From Sphingobacteriales bacterium (GTDB lineage Bacteria > Bacteroidota > Bacteroidia > Chitinophagales > Chitinophagaceae): a DNA stretch of 64,000 nt. Position 1 is the first letter of the stretch; each line of letters begins with the position of its first letter. The stretch is taken from NCBI GenBank assembly GCA_027484425.1, contig JAIXSZ010000020.1:11988-75987 (forward strand), in the 5' to 3' direction. The translations under genes were made by a program, and so were the position numbers. The notes beneath the pieces are model-generated. The model was not told where the DNA came from, ran no database searches, and worked only from the letters and a program-made list of their open reading frames with translations. Positions 8,690 through 19,637 of this stretch are shown in pieces.

Positions 8690-10894
8690 ATGGCTGTAAT
8701 ACAAACAATCAGAAACAAGTACGGGAAAATAGCGGGCGGGGTTATCGCAGTTGCGCTGGTTGGGTTCATCATTTCAGATGCTACAAGTGGCTCTATTGCT
8801 AATTTCTTCAGCGATAGAGACCCTAACGTTATGAACATAAATGGCACTGAAATAGAGCCAAAAGAATACGCTGAAAGATCCAAAGAATACGAAATACTGT
8901 ATAGCATGTACAATCAGGGACGCAACATCGATGATGTGTCTCGTGCTCAGATGAACGAGCAATTGATACAAATGATGGTATACGAAGCTATTGTAAATGA
9001 AGAGTGCGATAAGCTAGGTATTGCAGTAAGCGACGAAGAAAAGAAAGAACTGATTTATGGTATGAACGCCGACCCTATGGTTAGGCAGTTTCAGATAGAA
9101 GGCAACCAAATCTTCAACGATCCTCAGTCTCAAAACTTTGATCCAGGAAGAGTAAAAGGTTTCGAAAAAGAAATCGCAGAAAGAGGCGATCGTATCGACC
9201 CTTCTGGCAAAATCAGAGACCAGTGGGCTGCTGTAGTAGCTTATGTACAGCGCTCAGCTCGTGTACGCAAGTACAACACCCTGTTCTCTGGCGCTGCTTA
9301 CATGCCCAAAGCACAAATGAAACGTATGATGATGGAGCAAAACACTCAAGCTTCTATCCGCTACGTTAAAGTGCCTTTCACATCTGTTTCAGACAATGAT
9401 GTAAAAGTTACTGACGAAGATATCAAAGCTTACATGCAACAGCATGAAGCACTTTACAGAAATGATAATGCTACACGCGGCATCGAGTATGTGAGCTTCG
9501 AAATCGTACCTTCTTCTTCAGACACTGCCAGAATACTCAACTTCTTTACTGAAATCAAAGATGAGTTTGTAACCACTAAGGATAACGAAAGCTTCGTAAA
9601 CAGCAAAAGTGACTTGGTTAACTCTTACACTCAAACTTTCTTCAATAAACGTACCCTTACCTCTCGTTATGCCGACACTATAATGTCTATGCCTGTAGGC
9701 GAGGTGTTTGGTCCATACTACGAAAACGGTGGATACAATATGGTGAAAGTCACAGACAGAAAAACCCTGCCAGATTCAGTAAAACTGCGCCATATCTTGG
9801 TAAAAACCAAAGACCAAGGCAACGATGTTCGTTCTGACGAAGCAGCAAATGCTAAAATCGATAGCGCAATAGCAGCTCTCAAAGCGGGTGGCAAATTCGA
9901 TTCATTGGTTAATGTATATACCGAAGATGAAGGAAGCAAACAAAAAGGCGGAGAATACACCTTTACCCTAATGGACAAAGCTGGTATCTCAAAAGAGTTT
10001 GGCGACTTTGCATTCGAAGGTAAAGCTGGCGAAAGCAAGAAAGTAAAAGTATCTAACGACAACTATGCCGGGTATCACTACATAGAGATACTAGAGCAAA
10101 AAGGAATAGCACCTAGCGTGCAAATAGCACTCGTAGCCAAAACATTGATACCAAGCGATAGTACCAACAATGCCCTTTATGGTAAAGCCAACGAATTTGC
10201 CGGCAAAAACAACACAGCCGAAGCATTCGACGCTACTGCCAAAAAAGAAAACCTTGATAAGCGTGTAGGCGACAATGTGAAGATCAACAGCTTTGCAATA
10301 GATGGTCTGGGTGCAGCGCGCGAAGTGGTAAAATGGATGTACAAAAAAGACATAAAAGTAGGTACAGTATCAGAAGTTTTCCAGATAGGCAACGAGCGCT
10401 ATGTGGTTGCTAAACTATCTGGCATCAACGAAAAAGGCCTGAAAAAATTGACTCCTACCGACAGACCAATGCTAGAGCAAAAAGTAAAAGAGGAGAAAAA
10501 AGCAGAATTGATTGCTAAGCGTTACGGAGGCAAGGCGCTAGAAGCTATAGCCGCCGAAACGCAACAGATGGTACAGCAGAGCGACTCTGTGAGCCTTGCA
10601 GGCACTTACATCCCTAATTTGGGCTACGAGCCACGTGTAGTAGGTTACACCTTCAACAAGTCATTCCAGCCTAATACTGTATCTCCAGGCATCAAGGGTC
10701 AAGGTGGTGTGTACTTCATTACAGTGCTTAACAGAGTCAGCAATCCATTGCCTCCAGATGGTGGTATGATGGATCAAATCATTGCTCAGCAACGTTTTCA
10801 GCAAGAAAAACAAATGAGGAACCTCATAGACCAAGGTATACAGCAGTCGCTTATCAAAAAAGCGAATGTAGAATACTTCCCCACTAATTTCTAA
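8690..10894 (+). CDS. Periplasmic chaperone PpiD-like / SurA N-terminal-domain peptidyl-prolyl isomerase family protein (734 aa)
   Basis: N-terminal single TM anchor (GGVIAVALVGFIISDA), then a SurA_N-like chaperone domain (EQLIQMMVYEAIVNEECDKLGIAVSDEE). The size and architecture match the Bacteroidota PpiD/peptidylprolyl isomerase family. Confidence 0.65.
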   Translation: MAVIQTIRNKYGKIAGGVIAVALVGFIISDATSGSIANFFSDRDPNVMNINGTEIEPKEYAERSKEYEILYSMYNQGRNIDDVSRAQMNEQLIQMMVYEAIVNEECDKLGIAVSDEEKKELIYGMNADPMVRQFQIEGNQIFNDPQSQNFDPGRVKGFEKEIAERGDRIDPSGKIRDQWAAVVAYVQRSARVRKYNTLFSGAAYMPKAQMKRMMMEQNTQASIRYVKVPFTSVSDNDVKVTDEDIKAYMQQHEALYRNDNATRGIEYVSFEIVPSSSDTARILNFFTEIKDEFVTTKDNESFVNSKSDLVNSYTQTFFNKRTLTSRYADTIMSMPVGEVFGPYYENGGYNMVKVTDRKTLPDSVKLRHILVKTKDQGNDVRSDEAANAKIDSAIAALKAGGKFDSLVNVYTEDEGSKQKGGEYTFTLMDKAGISKEFGDFAFEGKAGESKKVKVSNDNYAGYHYIEILEQKGIAPSVQIALVAKTLIPSDSTNNALYGKANEFAGKNNTAEAFDATAKKENLDKRVGDNVKINSFAIDGLGAAREVVKWMYKKDIKVGTVSEVFQIGNERYVVAKLSGINEKGLKKLTPTDRPMLEQKVKEEKKAELIAKRYGGKALEAIAAETQQMVQQSDSVSLAGTYIPNLGYEPRVVGYTFNKSFQPNTVSPGIKGQGGVYFITVLNRVSNPLPPDGGMMDQIIAQQRFQQEKQMRNLIDQGIQQSLIKKANVEYFPTNF

Positions 10895-11026
10895 AAAATA
10901 TAATATATTAAATCGTCTAAAAAGGGTTGTCATTCTGGCAGCCCTTTTTTATTTGCATAGGGCAATAGATATATATACGTGTTGCAATTCTGAAAAATTA
11001 GTATCTTCGATTCTAACTATTTTTAT

Positions 11027-11413
11027 ATGGTTCAGCAATTTACAGAAGGCGTAAGTATAATGGTTGAAACATTCTATCAGCCACTACAGTCCAACCCTAT
11101 AAGGTCAGAGCATCTTTTTGCCTATCGCATCACTATCGAAAACCTAACAGTTTATCCGGTGAAGTTGTTGAGCCGCCATTGGCATATACTAGATAGCAAT
11201 GGTACTCACAGAGAGGTAGAAGGAGAAGGTGTAGTAGGTCAGCAGCCCATCATACAGCCCGGCGACAGCTACCAATACACATCAGGGGTCAACCTTATGA
11301 GCGACATTGGTAAAATGTATGGCACCTACCTAATGGAGAATCTTTTCAATAAAAAGAAACTGACCATAGCCATACCAGAGTTCAAGCTGGTAACACCTGC
11401 CAAGCTCAACTAA
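11027..11413 (+). CDS. apaG: ApaG-domain protein
   Basis: Strong match to the ApaG/DUF525 signature: SRHWHILDSNGTHREVEGEGVVGQQPIIQPGDSYQYTSG. Confidence 0.8.
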   Translation: MVQQFTEGVSIMVETFYQPLQSNPIRSEHLFAYRITIENLTVYPVKLLSRHWHILDSNGTHREVEGEGVVGQQPIIQPGDSYQYTSGVNLMSDIGKMYGTYLMENLFNKKKLTIAIPEFKLVTPAKLN

Positions 11414-11435
11414 ATTGAAGTAATCTTATCTTTTT

Positions 11436-12035
11436 CTAGGCTGTAAACTGCTCCAGCTCCTTGCTGCGCAGTAAGTACTTGCCCAGCACATCAAACTCTA
11501 TGTTTACCTTTGTGCCTTCCTCTATGGTATGAAAGTTGGTATGAGTGTAAGTGTACGGGATAATGGTAACTGTACATTCATCCCTACCCGTATTGAATAC
11601 TGTTAGGCTCACTCCATTGATACATATAGAGCCTTTCTCTATCACCAGTGCCCCAAACTGGCCTGGAAACCTAAACCTGAAAAGCCAGCTACCATCCAGT
11701 GTCTGTTTTTCTATACAAGTAGCAGTAGCATCTACATGACCTTGCACCAAGTGGCCATCAAGCCTATCGCCCAGCCTCAATGACCGTTCTATATTTAGCT
11801 TATCTCCAGTTTTCCAGTTACCTAGCGTGGTTTTGGCTAATGTCTCAGCAACAGCCGTCACGTTATAGCTGCTACCCTCTATGGCGGTTACGGTGAGGCA
11901 TACGCCATTGTGAGCCACACTTTGGTCTACCTTCAGCTCATCAGTAAGTGGACCATCGATAGTGTAGTGAACGTTAGTACCCTCCTGTCTTATCTCTTTT
12001 ACTACCGCTAACGCTTCTATAATTCCAGTAAACAT
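11436..12035 (-). CDS. ribE: Riboflavin synthase alpha subunit
   Basis: MFTGIIEALAVV...VAHNGVCLTV...GVSLTV lumazine-binding repeats, 199 aa. Confidence 0.85.
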   Translation of the reverse strand: MFTGIIEALAVVKEIRQEGTNVHYTIDGPLTDELKVDQSVAHNGVCLTVTAIEGSSYNVTAVAETLAKTTLGNWKTGDKLNIERSLRLGDRLDGHLVQGHVDATATCIEKQTLDGSWLFRFRFPGQFGALVIEKGSICINGVSLTVFNTGRDECTVTIIPYTYTHTNFHTIEEGTKVNIEFDVLGKYLLRSKELEQFTA

Positions 12036-12042
12036 TATTATG

Positions 12043-12606
12043 CTATTTTTTTATGGCTCGTCCTCTGCGCACTGTTGCTCCAGTATCTGTTCTTATGTAC
12101 AGGTCTACATACATCAAAGAGCTATCTACCTTGTCTCTCGCAAAATAGCCCACTACAGTATCTTTTTGGCTACAGAAGTACTGACCAGGATAAAGTGTTG
12201 TAGAATCGCCCACTGTAGTGTCTACCGTGGCTGTGTAGGTAGCGCCTGCTGTAAGTATTAGTTTTTCGCCAGATGGGCACAAGCCATCTATGCTTATTTT
12301 AGTTTGGGATATCTTGGTAATGTAAATGGTAAACGAGTCGGCGGAAAGATACAAGTCTGTAGCCGCCTGATAAGAGGTGTCTTTGAATGAATAAGTGCCC
12401 GCAAAGAGATCGGATGGATAGAAGCAAACTGTATTATCTGGTTTGCCAGGAAAACCCCAATTATAGTTTACAGCGCTGGGGTCGTTACAGTAAGGGTTGT
12501 TCAATCTTGGGTCATCTATGGGTGCAGGATCTTGCCATTTTTTACATGACACTACTACGCCTGTTGTCAGACACAATAGTAGCAATATGGATAATAGATT
12601 TCGCAT
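12043..12606 (-). CDS. Hypothetical lipoprotein (187 aa)
   Basis: Signal peptide plus lipobox MRNLLSILLLLCLTTGVVVSCKK. It lies 8 bp downstream of ribE on the same strand. Confidence 0.5.
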   Translation of the reverse strand: MRNLLSILLLLCLTTGVVVSCKKWQDPAPIDDPRLNNPYCNDPSAVNYNWGFPGKPDNTVCFYPSDLFAGTYSFKDTSYQAATDLYLSADSFTIYITKISQTKISIDGLCPSGEKLILTAGATYTATVDTTVGDSTTLYPGQYFCSQKDTVVGYFARDKVDSSLMYVDLYIRTDTGATVRRGRAIKK

Positions 12607-12775
12607 TATTTTTGTTGTTAGTGCCTACAACCAGATAGCTATAGCACCTACATAACGGTGGTTTAGCAAAAATATTTAAAATAGCCGGTAAAACGGGCAA
12701 ATATTATGAAGCTAAGTAACAACGCAACGTAAGATGCTGAAATAAATAACTGAAGAAATAGGTATAAGGACTATA

Positions 12776-13102
12776 CTACACAGCAAAGCTGTCACCACAA
12801 CCACAACTGCGACTGGCATTAGGATTACTGAAGTGAAACCCTTTACCATTCAGCCCGTCAGAGAAATCGAGGGTCGTATCGCAGAGGTATAAAAAGCTTT
12901 TGAGGTCAGTAACAACTTTTACCCCTTGGTCTTCAAATTCTTGGTCTTTAGGCTGCTTTTCATTGTCAAAGTCGAGCTTGTAAGACAAGCCTGAGCAGCC
13001 ACCGCCTACTACGCTCACACGAAGAAAATAGTCTTCACTAAGGTCTGCATCGCGCCTCAGTTGATCTACTTTTTCTTTCGCCTTGTCGCTTACATAAATC
13101 AT
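12776..13102 (-). CDS. IscA/HesB-family iron-sulfur cluster insertion protein
   Basis: 108 aa with the C-terminal CGCGDSF and GGGCSG motifs characteristic of A-type carriers. Confidence 0.8.
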   Translation of the reverse strand: MIYVSDKAKEKVDQLRRDADLSEDYFLRVSVVGGGCSGLSYKLDFDNEKQPKDQEFEDQGVKVVTDLKSFLYLCDTTLDFSDGLNGKGFHFSNPNASRSCGCGDSFAV

Positions 13103-13207
13103 TGTAATGTTGTTGGATTTTTTGTTTTTAGGTAATTTTTTTCATTACTAAAGACAACATCACATGCCCTATGGACCAGTGATGTTGTCTATTAATGTGT
13201 TGAAATA

Positions 13208-13624
13208 TTAGTGTGCTTTTTTCTCACTCACCATTTCAGGCAATCCGTTTTTTACACGGTAGTCGTTGATAGCTGCTTTGATAGCATCTTCGGCAAGCAC
13301 TGAGCAGTGAATTTTTACTGGAGGCAAGTTCAGTTCTTCAACGATATCCATATTGTCTATAAGTAATGCCTCATCAATCGATTTACCTTTAAGCCATTCT
13401 GTAGCTAAAGATGAAGAAGCAATAGCAGAGCCGCAACCAAAGGTTTTGAATTTGGCATCACTTATCATGCCACTAACCTCATCAACTTCTATTTGCAGGC
13501 GCATTACGTCGCCACACTCTGGTGCACCCACCAAACCTGTACCCACGTTAGTTTTAGCTTTATCAAGCGTTCCTACATTTTTAGGGTTGGAATAATGATC
13601 TATTAATTTTTCTGAGTATGCCAT
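13208..13624 (-). CDS. iscU: Fe-S cluster assembly scaffold IscU
   Basis: HYSNPKNVG...GAPECGDVMRLQ...FKTFGCGSAIASSS. Conserved Cys residues and LPPVK motif. Confidence 0.85.
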   Translation of the reverse strand: MAYSEKLIDHYSNPKNVGTLDKAKTNVGTGLVGAPECGDVMRLQIEVDEVSGMISDAKFKTFGCGSAIASSSLATEWLKGKSIDEALLIDNMDIVEELNLPPVKIHCSVLAEDAIKAAINDYRVKNGLPEMVSEKKAH

Positions 13625-13717
13625 TGTTTTGTGTTTTTTGTTTGTTGCACATTTAGTTTGTTGTGCAGGTGATTTGTACTATAGTATGAATTTTCTAATG
13701 TTGTTTTACTATATTAC

Positions 13718-14938
13718 TTAGTGGTGCGCCCACTCTATAGAGTTCAGATCTATACCTTCTTTGTGCATTTCCCAAAGCGGACTCATTTCGCGGAGTTTCA
13801 GCACTGTGTTTTTAATAGCATCTATTGTAAAGTCGATTTGTTCATCAGTGGTGTATCTACCTAGACCGAAGCGGAGAGAGCTATGTGCTAAGTCGTCGCC
13901 AAGGCCTAATGCTTTGAGCACATAAGAAGGCTCAAGTGATGCAGAAGTACATGCTGAACCGCTAGATAGGGCTATATTTTTATTGAAACCCATCATCAGA
14001 CCTTCACCCTCTACGTACTTGAAAGAAATATTGGTGGTGTGTGGTAGTCTGTGTGCACGATTTCCGTTCACGTAGGCTTCTTCCAGTTCCATCAACGAGT
14101 TTTCTAGTCTGTCGCGCATTGTGCTCAGTCTTTTTGCTTCGCTTTCCATTTCGTGCATGCATATTTCGCAAGCCTTACCCAGACCTACAATGCCTGGTAC
14201 GTTGAGTGTGCCACTGCGCATGCCACGCTCATGACCACCACCATCCATCTGAGAGGTTACTTTTACACGTGGGTTTTTGCGACGCACATAGAGTACGCCT
14301 ACACCCTTGGGTCCGTACATTTTGTGGCCGCTAAACGACATTAGGTCTATGCCATCTGCCAACACATCTACTGGTATTTTACCTACAGCCTGTGTGCCAT
14401 CAGTAAAGAAAAGCACGCCGTGCTTGCGGGCAATGCTGCTTATTTCACGAATTGGCTGTACAACACCAATCTCATTGTTGCCGTACATGATGGCAATAAG
14501 GATGGTTTTGTCTGTGATTGCAGCCTCTAGCTGAGCTAGGTCTATAAGACCATCTGGCTGCACCTCTAAGTAAGTTACCTGACCGCCTTGCTTTTCTATG
14601 TGTTTGCACGCATCCAGCACAGCTTTGTGCTCAGTGGTGCAAGTAATGATGTGATTGCCTTTAGAAGCATACATTTCAAATACACCTTTCAGTGCAAGAT
14701 TGTTGGCTTCAGTAGCCCCTGATGTAAAGATGATTTCTTTTGAGTCAGCATTTATTAATTTTGCCACTTGCTCGCGAGCATAATCTACAGCTTCTTCAGC
14801 CACCCATCCGAATGAGTGGTTGCGGCTAGCTGCATTACCGAATTTTTCAACAAAATAGGGTAACATTGCTTCCAAAACCCTTGGATCCATTGGGGTTGTG
14901 GCATTATTATCAAGATATATTGGGAGTTCTAGTTTCAT
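13718..14938 (-). CDS. iscS: Cysteine desulfurase IscS
   Basis: [14 protein letters not shown]-terminus, PLP-binding [14 protein letters not shown] and the active-site SSGSACTS loop. It is the first gene of the isc operon on the minus strand. Confidence 0.85.
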   Translation of the reverse strand: MKLELPIYLDNNATTPMDPRVLEAMLPYFVEKFGNAASRNHSFGWVAEEAVDYAREQVAKLINADSKEIIFTSGATEANNLALKGVFEMYASKGNHIITCTTEHKAVLDACKHIEKQGGQVTYLEVQPDGLIDLAQLEAAITDKTILIAIMYGNNEIGVVQPIREISSIARKHGVLFFTDGTQAVGKIPVDVLADGIDLMSFSGHKMYGPKGVGVLYVRRKNPRVKVTSQMDGGGHERGMRSGTLNVPGIVGLGKACEICMHEMESEAKRLSTMRDRLENSLMELEEAYVNGNRAHRLPHTTNISFKYVEGEGLMMGFNKNIALSSGSACTSASLEPSYVLKALGLGDDLAHSSLRFGLGRYTTDEQIDFTIDAIKNTVLKLREMSPLWEMHKEGIDLNSIEWAHH

Positions 14939-15046
14939 ACTATATTTATAAACAGATTTTAAACAAAATTACGTCAATTTGATAACTTTGAACTCCCGCA
15001 CAGGATTGGATTTCCTATATTGCTATTTGTAAAAACTATAAGAGTT

Positions 15047-15451
15047 ATGTTGAAAATAGAACATTTGGGCATTGCGGTAAAGAGCCTGGAGCATGCGGTG
15101 CCACTGTATGAACAACTACTAAATACCCCCTGCTACAAACAAGAGGTTGTGGAAACGGAAGGTGTGAGTACAGCCTTTTTTAGGACTGGCGACGAAAAAA
15201 TAGAACTGTTGGAGGCTACCAATGAAAATAGCCCAATAGCGAAGTTTATAGCCAAAAAAGGTGAGGGTATTCATCATGTAGCATTTGAGGTAGAAAACAT
15301 AGAAGCTGAGATGAAGCGTCTTGCGGCATTAGGTTTTGAATTGCTCAACGATGTACCTAAAAATGGTGCCGACAACAAACTGGTATGTTTTCTTCACCCA
15401 AGGTCTACAAATGGCGTTTTGGTAGAACTGTGCCAAGAAAAGAAAAATTGA
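15047..15451 (+). CDS. Methylmalonyl-CoA epimerase (VOC/glyoxalase family)
   Basis: MLKIEHLGIAV...GEGIHHVAFEVENIEAE. The ORF track begins at a TTG at 15020; the ATG at 15047 gives the canonical N-terminus. Confidence 0.7.
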   Translation: MLKIEHLGIAVKSLEHAVPLYEQLLNTPCYKQEVVETEGVSTAFFRTGDEKIELLEATNENSPIAKFIAKKGEGIHHVAFEVENIEAEMKRLAALGFELLNDVPKNGADNKLVCFLHPRSTNGVLVELCQEKKN

Positions 15452-15551
15452 TGTAGCCACATTTATTTTTATTAGTACGGTAGTTGTTAGACCCAAATTA
15501 TATAATTTGCAGCTACCAAAAACTAAGTCACTAACAATCAATAAAATTAGT

Positions 15552-16250
15552 ATGAAAAAAATTTGTTTATCATTAGCAGCAGTCTTTGTTCTGACTTTGA
15601 GTGCAAATGCACAGAAAAACAAAATAAAAATTGAAACAGAATATGGCAATATAGTATTGATGCTCTATGACAATACTCCGCTCAACACCAATAACATGGT
15701 GAAAATGGCAAAAGAGCATTTTTATGATAGTACACTTTTTCATCGTTGCATTCCACAGTTTATGATACAAGGTGGAGACCCCGAGTCTAAGCAGGCAAAA
15801 CCTGGACAGGCGTTGGGCAGTGGAGGATTAGGCACTACAATACCTGCCGAAATAAATGATGTAGCTTACCATAAAAGAGGCGCAGTGGGTGTGGCAAGAG
15901 ATCAGACTCCTGACAAATCTGGTTCGGCATGCCAGTTTTATCTGGTAACAGGCAAAACATTTACTGATGCTGAGCTGGATAATATGAGCAAACGGTCTGG
16001 TCGTAACTACACCCCACAACAGCGCGAAACCTACAAAACTGTAGGCGGCACACCACACCTTGACGGTAACTACACTGTGTTTGGAGAAGTAACAGAAGGG
16101 ATGGACGTAGTGGAGAAAATATCTGCTGAACCACGAGATGCTAATGACCGCCCTAATAAAGACATACGCATGATAAAGGTGCGTGTGATATCGAAAGAGA
16201 AATTCATTGACAAAATCAAGGGTATCTTCAAGAAAAAAGATAAAAAATAA
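15552..16250 (+). CDS. Cyclophilin-type peptidyl-prolyl cis-trans isomerase, secreted
   Basis: Signal peptide MKKICLSLAAVFVLTLSANAQ, then the cyclophilin core FHRCIPQFMIQGGDP...FYLVTG. The track start at 15507 is a TTG, so the ATG at 15552 is preferred. Confidence 0.8.
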   Translation: MKKICLSLAAVFVLTLSANAQKNKIKIETEYGNIVLMLYDNTPLNTNNMVKMAKEHFYDSTLFHRCIPQFMIQGGDPESKQAKPGQALGSGGLGTTIPAEINDVAYHKRGAVGVARDQTPDKSGSACQFYLVTGKTFTDAELDNMSKRSGRNYTPQQRETYKTVGGTPHLDGNYTVFGEVTEGMDVVEKISAEPRDANDRPNKDIRMIKVRVISKEKFIDKIKGIFKKKDKK

Positions 16251-16265
16251 CCACAATAACGGTAA

Positions 16266-17249
16266 TTACAAGCTAGTAGTATCTGAGTCAGATTTTCTGA
16301 ATTCAGGTACTATTTTTTTTAGGTCATTTACCAGCATTTGGGTGAACAACTCTGATCCGTGTTTGTTGAGGTGCTGGCTATTGTAATAATAGGTCCTGCT
16401 AGAGTCTAGATAAGTATTTCGGTAGTCTAAGTAGGGCACATCATACTTCTTGGCTAGCTCGTGCAGCTTATCTAGTATGATTTGATGATTTATGATATAC
16501 CTATTGGCCTCGTAATAAAAGGGCGGGTACACAAGTATTATTTGTATGTTGTTTTCCTTGCACATGCTAAGGTATTCCTCCATGGTGGCTAGAGCTTTTG
16601 GTTCAATTTTGCAATCAAAGCCCTTTTGAATAGTTTTTGCCATTTCGCTGAAAGAGCTGTCCCAGTAGCGGTCTTGCCCCATGTAACCTTTGTATTTGCC
16701 TGATATACTGCCCTTACCAAAGTAGCTTTGCAATCCTTCTTTTATTATGGGCAGTTGGTTATTGTATTTATAAAGTGGGAAATACCTTTCTACTAGAGAA
16801 ACATTGGGGTAAAGACCTTTATACAACCTCCAAATGGCGGAATCTGAGAGATAAGGCAAAAACTGTTGATAATTGGGTAGATGCCTGGAAGCGAAAAAAG
16901 TAGTGACATAACCTACCTCTTGCAGTATGTATTTGGGCTTTTTGTTGTATCTGAGGTACACTTTTAGTCGTTCGTACTGAATATCTGGAGGCGTAGCATC
17001 CATACCAAGATTGTAAGAGTTGATACCTAAAGATGAGTCTATGATGTAGGGTGAAAATTGCACCCATGCACGAGAAGAGCCATTAATCAGCATGTCGGCG
17101 TTTATCTTTCCATCAAATAGATCATTCCACTCCGCAAAAAAGAAGTGACGTGATTTGTGCAGACCAGCATCGGTGACATAAGCAAGCGGCAAGAGCACAG
17201 CCATAGGCACTATGCAAAACAACAACAGCTTGTATATGAATCTTTTCAT
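16266..17249 (-). CDS. Hypothetical exported protein, possible DltD/AlgJ-like partner of the MBOAT acyltransferase (327 aa)
   Basis: N-terminal hydrophobic anchor. The gene starts 6 bp after the MBOAT gene on the same strand. The family assignment is an inference from gene context and size. Confidence 0.4.
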   Translation of the reverse strand: MKRFIYKLLLFCIVPMAVLLPLAYVTDAGLHKSRHFFFAEWNDLFDGKINADMLINGSSRAWVQFSPYIIDSSLGINSYNLGMDATPPDIQYERLKVYLRYNKKPKYILQEVGYVTTFFASRHLPNYQQFLPYLSDSAIWRLYKGLYPNVSLVERYFPLYKYNNQLPIIKEGLQSYFGKGSISGKYKGYMGQDRYWDSSFSEMAKTIQKGFDCKIEPKALATMEEYLSMCKENNIQIILVYPPFYYEANRYIINHQIILDKLHELAKKYDVPYLDYRNTYLDSSRTYYYNSQHLNKHGSELFTQMLVNDLKKIVPEFRKSDSDTTSL

Positions 17250-17254
17250 CTTGT

Positions 17255-18721
17255 CTAAAACTGGAAGTAAATAAATTCTCTGCTGGAAAAAACTCCGAAA
17301 TACATAATTATCATTACTACTGTGTAGTATATGCTCCAGCGAACGACCATTGGTTTGCTATCGATGAGTTGGCTGATGCTGTGCTTTCGCTGCAAGTAAT
17401 GTACGGCTTCCATACTTACTATAGCCAAACAACACAACATCATTTTATAGGTTTCTATGGCTATTCCGGAAGAAAAAGCCCCTTTACTGGTCATAATTTT
17501 CATTTCGTTGACCACACCTGGTAGTCGGCCAATCATGTAAATGGCGTTCTGACTATTATCTGCCCTGAAAAACACCCATGCTACCAGTACCAGCCCAAAA
17601 GTGATGACACGCTGTAGGTTGTCATTGAGCCATTTTATTTTTTCAAGCCCTATAGCTTGTCTGATTTTTAGCCTTGCAGCATCTGTGATATTACCAAACA
17701 CCTGATAAAAGCCGTGTAACCCTCCCCATATAATAAACTTCCAGTCGGCACCATGCCAGAGGCCGCTAACCAGAAAAACCACTAAAAGATTAATTTGTTT
17801 GCGAACCATCGGGACTCGGTTTCCACCAAGGGGAATGTATAAATAGTCTTTGAACCAAGTAGATAATGATATATGCCAACGCCTCCAGAATTCTGATATT
17901 CGGGTAGCACTGTACGGGCGGTCAAAATTTCGCATGAGCTTAAACCCCATTATTCTGGCTGAACCAATAGCAATATCTGAATAGCCTGAAAAATCGCAAT
18001 ATATCTGGAACGTAAAGAAGATACACCCAATTAGTATTGCCATCGACGATTGTTGGTATGGATTGTCGAATACAATATCTGACACTTGAGCTAACCTATC
18101 GGCAATGACAGCTTTCTTAAACATGCCCCAGAGCATCAGCCGCAAGCCGCTAACAGCAGCATTATACTCGAACTTATGCTCCTCGTGAAACTGATGTAAC
18201 ATGTTTTGTGGACGCTCTATGGGGCCCGCCACAAGCTGTGGGTAAAACATTACATACAGCGAGTAAATGCCAAAGTTTCTTTCGGCCTTTTGGTGGCCCC
18301 TGTATACCTCTATGGTGTAGCTCATAGCCTGAAACGTATGAAAAGACAGGCCAATAGGCAGTAGAATATTGAGATAAGGTATCTGATTTTTATAACCGAA
18401 ATAAGCGGCTACATCGGAAATATTATCATTAATGAAGTTGAAGTATTTGAACACGGCCAGCACACCAATATTAGCCACAAGGCTCATAATGAGGTAGTTC
18501 TTTTTTTTCTGTTTGTCAGGCTCGTTTTCAAGCAGAATACCTGCGTAATAATCTATAACTATGGTAAACCCTAGTATGAGAATGTAGACTGGCTTGAAGA
18601 ACATGTAGAAAAAACATGAAGCCACCAGCAGCAAAAACCATCTGAACCTGTGCGGAAGTATAAAATACAGCCCGGTAACAAGTATGAAAAAAATTACAAA
18701 CTCTATGGAGTTGAATAACAT
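17255..18721 (-). CDS. MBOAT-family membrane-bound O-acyltransferase (AlgI/DltB-like)
   Basis: 488 aa, multi-pass membrane protein, MLFNSIEFVIFF start typical of MBOAT, conserved His-containing region (WRRWHISLSTWFKDYLYIPLGGNR). Confidence 0.8.
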   Translation of the reverse strand: MLFNSIEFVIFFILVTGLYFILPHRFRWFLLLVASCFFYMFFKPVYILILGFTIVIDYYAGILLENEPDKQKKKNYLIMSLVANIGVLAVFKYFNFINDNISDVAAYFGYKNQIPYLNILLPIGLSFHTFQAMSYTIEVYRGHQKAERNFGIYSLYVMFYPQLVAGPIERPQNMLHQFHEEHKFEYNAAVSGLRLMLWGMFKKAVIADRLAQVSDIVFDNPYQQSSMAILIGCIFFTFQIYCDFSGYSDIAIGSARIMGFKLMRNFDRPYSATRISEFWRRWHISLSTWFKDYLYIPLGGNRVPMVRKQINLLVVFLVSGLWHGADWKFIIWGGLHGFYQVFGNITDAARLKIRQAIGLEKIKWLNDNLQRVITFGLVLVAWVFFRADNSQNAIYMIGRLPGVVNEMKIMTSKGAFSSGIAIETYKMMLCCLAIVSMEAVHYLQRKHSISQLIDSKPMVVRWSIYYTVVMIIMYFGVFSSREFIYFQF

Positions 18722-18881
18722 AGTTGGTTATTGCCTTGCTTGATATAGTTATCCTGCATCAAATGATGGGCGAAGGTAATAATTAGCTGGCGAAAATGCT
18801 ACTGAGCTAATGAGTGCATAGGTAATAGCAGTAATGAAATTTGGGTTATTTTCGGTGCATAGGGTTACTTTTGTAAAGCAA

Positions 18882-19616
18882 ATGATAACATCTACTAAGC
18901 TTTCCGTAAATATTAATAAGATTGCTACTCTGCGTAACAGTAGAGGCGGCAACAATCCTGATCTGCTGAAGGTGGCTGCCGATTGCGAGCGTTTTGGTGC
19001 AGAAGGCATCACAGTGCATCCTAGGCCTGATGAGCGACATATACGATATGACGATGTGAGAGCGCTATCGGGAATGCTCACTACAGAGTTTAACATAGAG
19101 GGCAACCCAAAGGAGGACAAATTTGTGCAACTGGTGCTAGATGTGAAACCTGCACAGGTGACATTAGTACCAGACAACCCAGGGCAACTAACATCAAACC
19201 ATGGATGGGATACAATAAAAGAGCAAAACTACTTACGTAGTATAGTGGCTACATTTAAAGAGGCAGGCATACGGGTATCGATATTTACAGACCCAGACAC
19301 GGAGATAATAGCAGCAGCCGCTACCACAGGCACTGACCGAATAGAGCTATACACTGAAAACTATGCCCGAATGTATACCACCCATCCACAGGCAGCTATA
19401 GCACCCTATGTTGCAGCAGCAACAACAGCCATGCAGCATGGGCTAGGCATAAATGCTGGGCATGATTTGGACAGGGACAATCTTGGGTACTTTGCAAGTA
19501 ACATAAATGGCTTGCTTGAAGTATCTATAGGTCATGCACTCATATCAGATGCGCTCTACTACGGATTGGAAAACACGATACAAATTTATAAAAGAGCTTT
19601 AGTTACCCATAACTAG
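18882..19616 (+). CDS. pdxJ: Pyridoxine 5'-phosphate synthase
   Basis: [18 protein letters not shown]...[13 protein letters not shown]...NAGHDL. The track ORF starts at 18834; the ATG at 18882 gives the canonical PdxJ N-terminus. Confidence 0.85.
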   Translation: MITSTKLSVNINKIATLRNSRGGNNPDLLKVAADCERFGAEGITVHPRPDERHIRYDDVRALSGMLTTEFNIEGNPKEDKFVQLVLDVKPAQVTLVPDNPGQLTSNHGWDTIKEQNYLRSIVATFKEAGIRVSIFTDPDTEIIAAAATTGTDRIELYTENYARMYTTHPQAAIAPYVAAATTAMQHGLGINAGHDLDRDNLGYFASNINGLLEVSIGHALISDALYYGLENTIQIYKRALVTHN

Positions 19617-19637
19617 TACTAAATACACAACCAAACT

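Noticed and set aside
13353-14534. Antisense ORFs inside iscU and iscS (13353..13595, 14153..14344, 14307..14534)
   Set aside because: They are embedded antisense within strongly supported conserved genes and are typical spurious frames.
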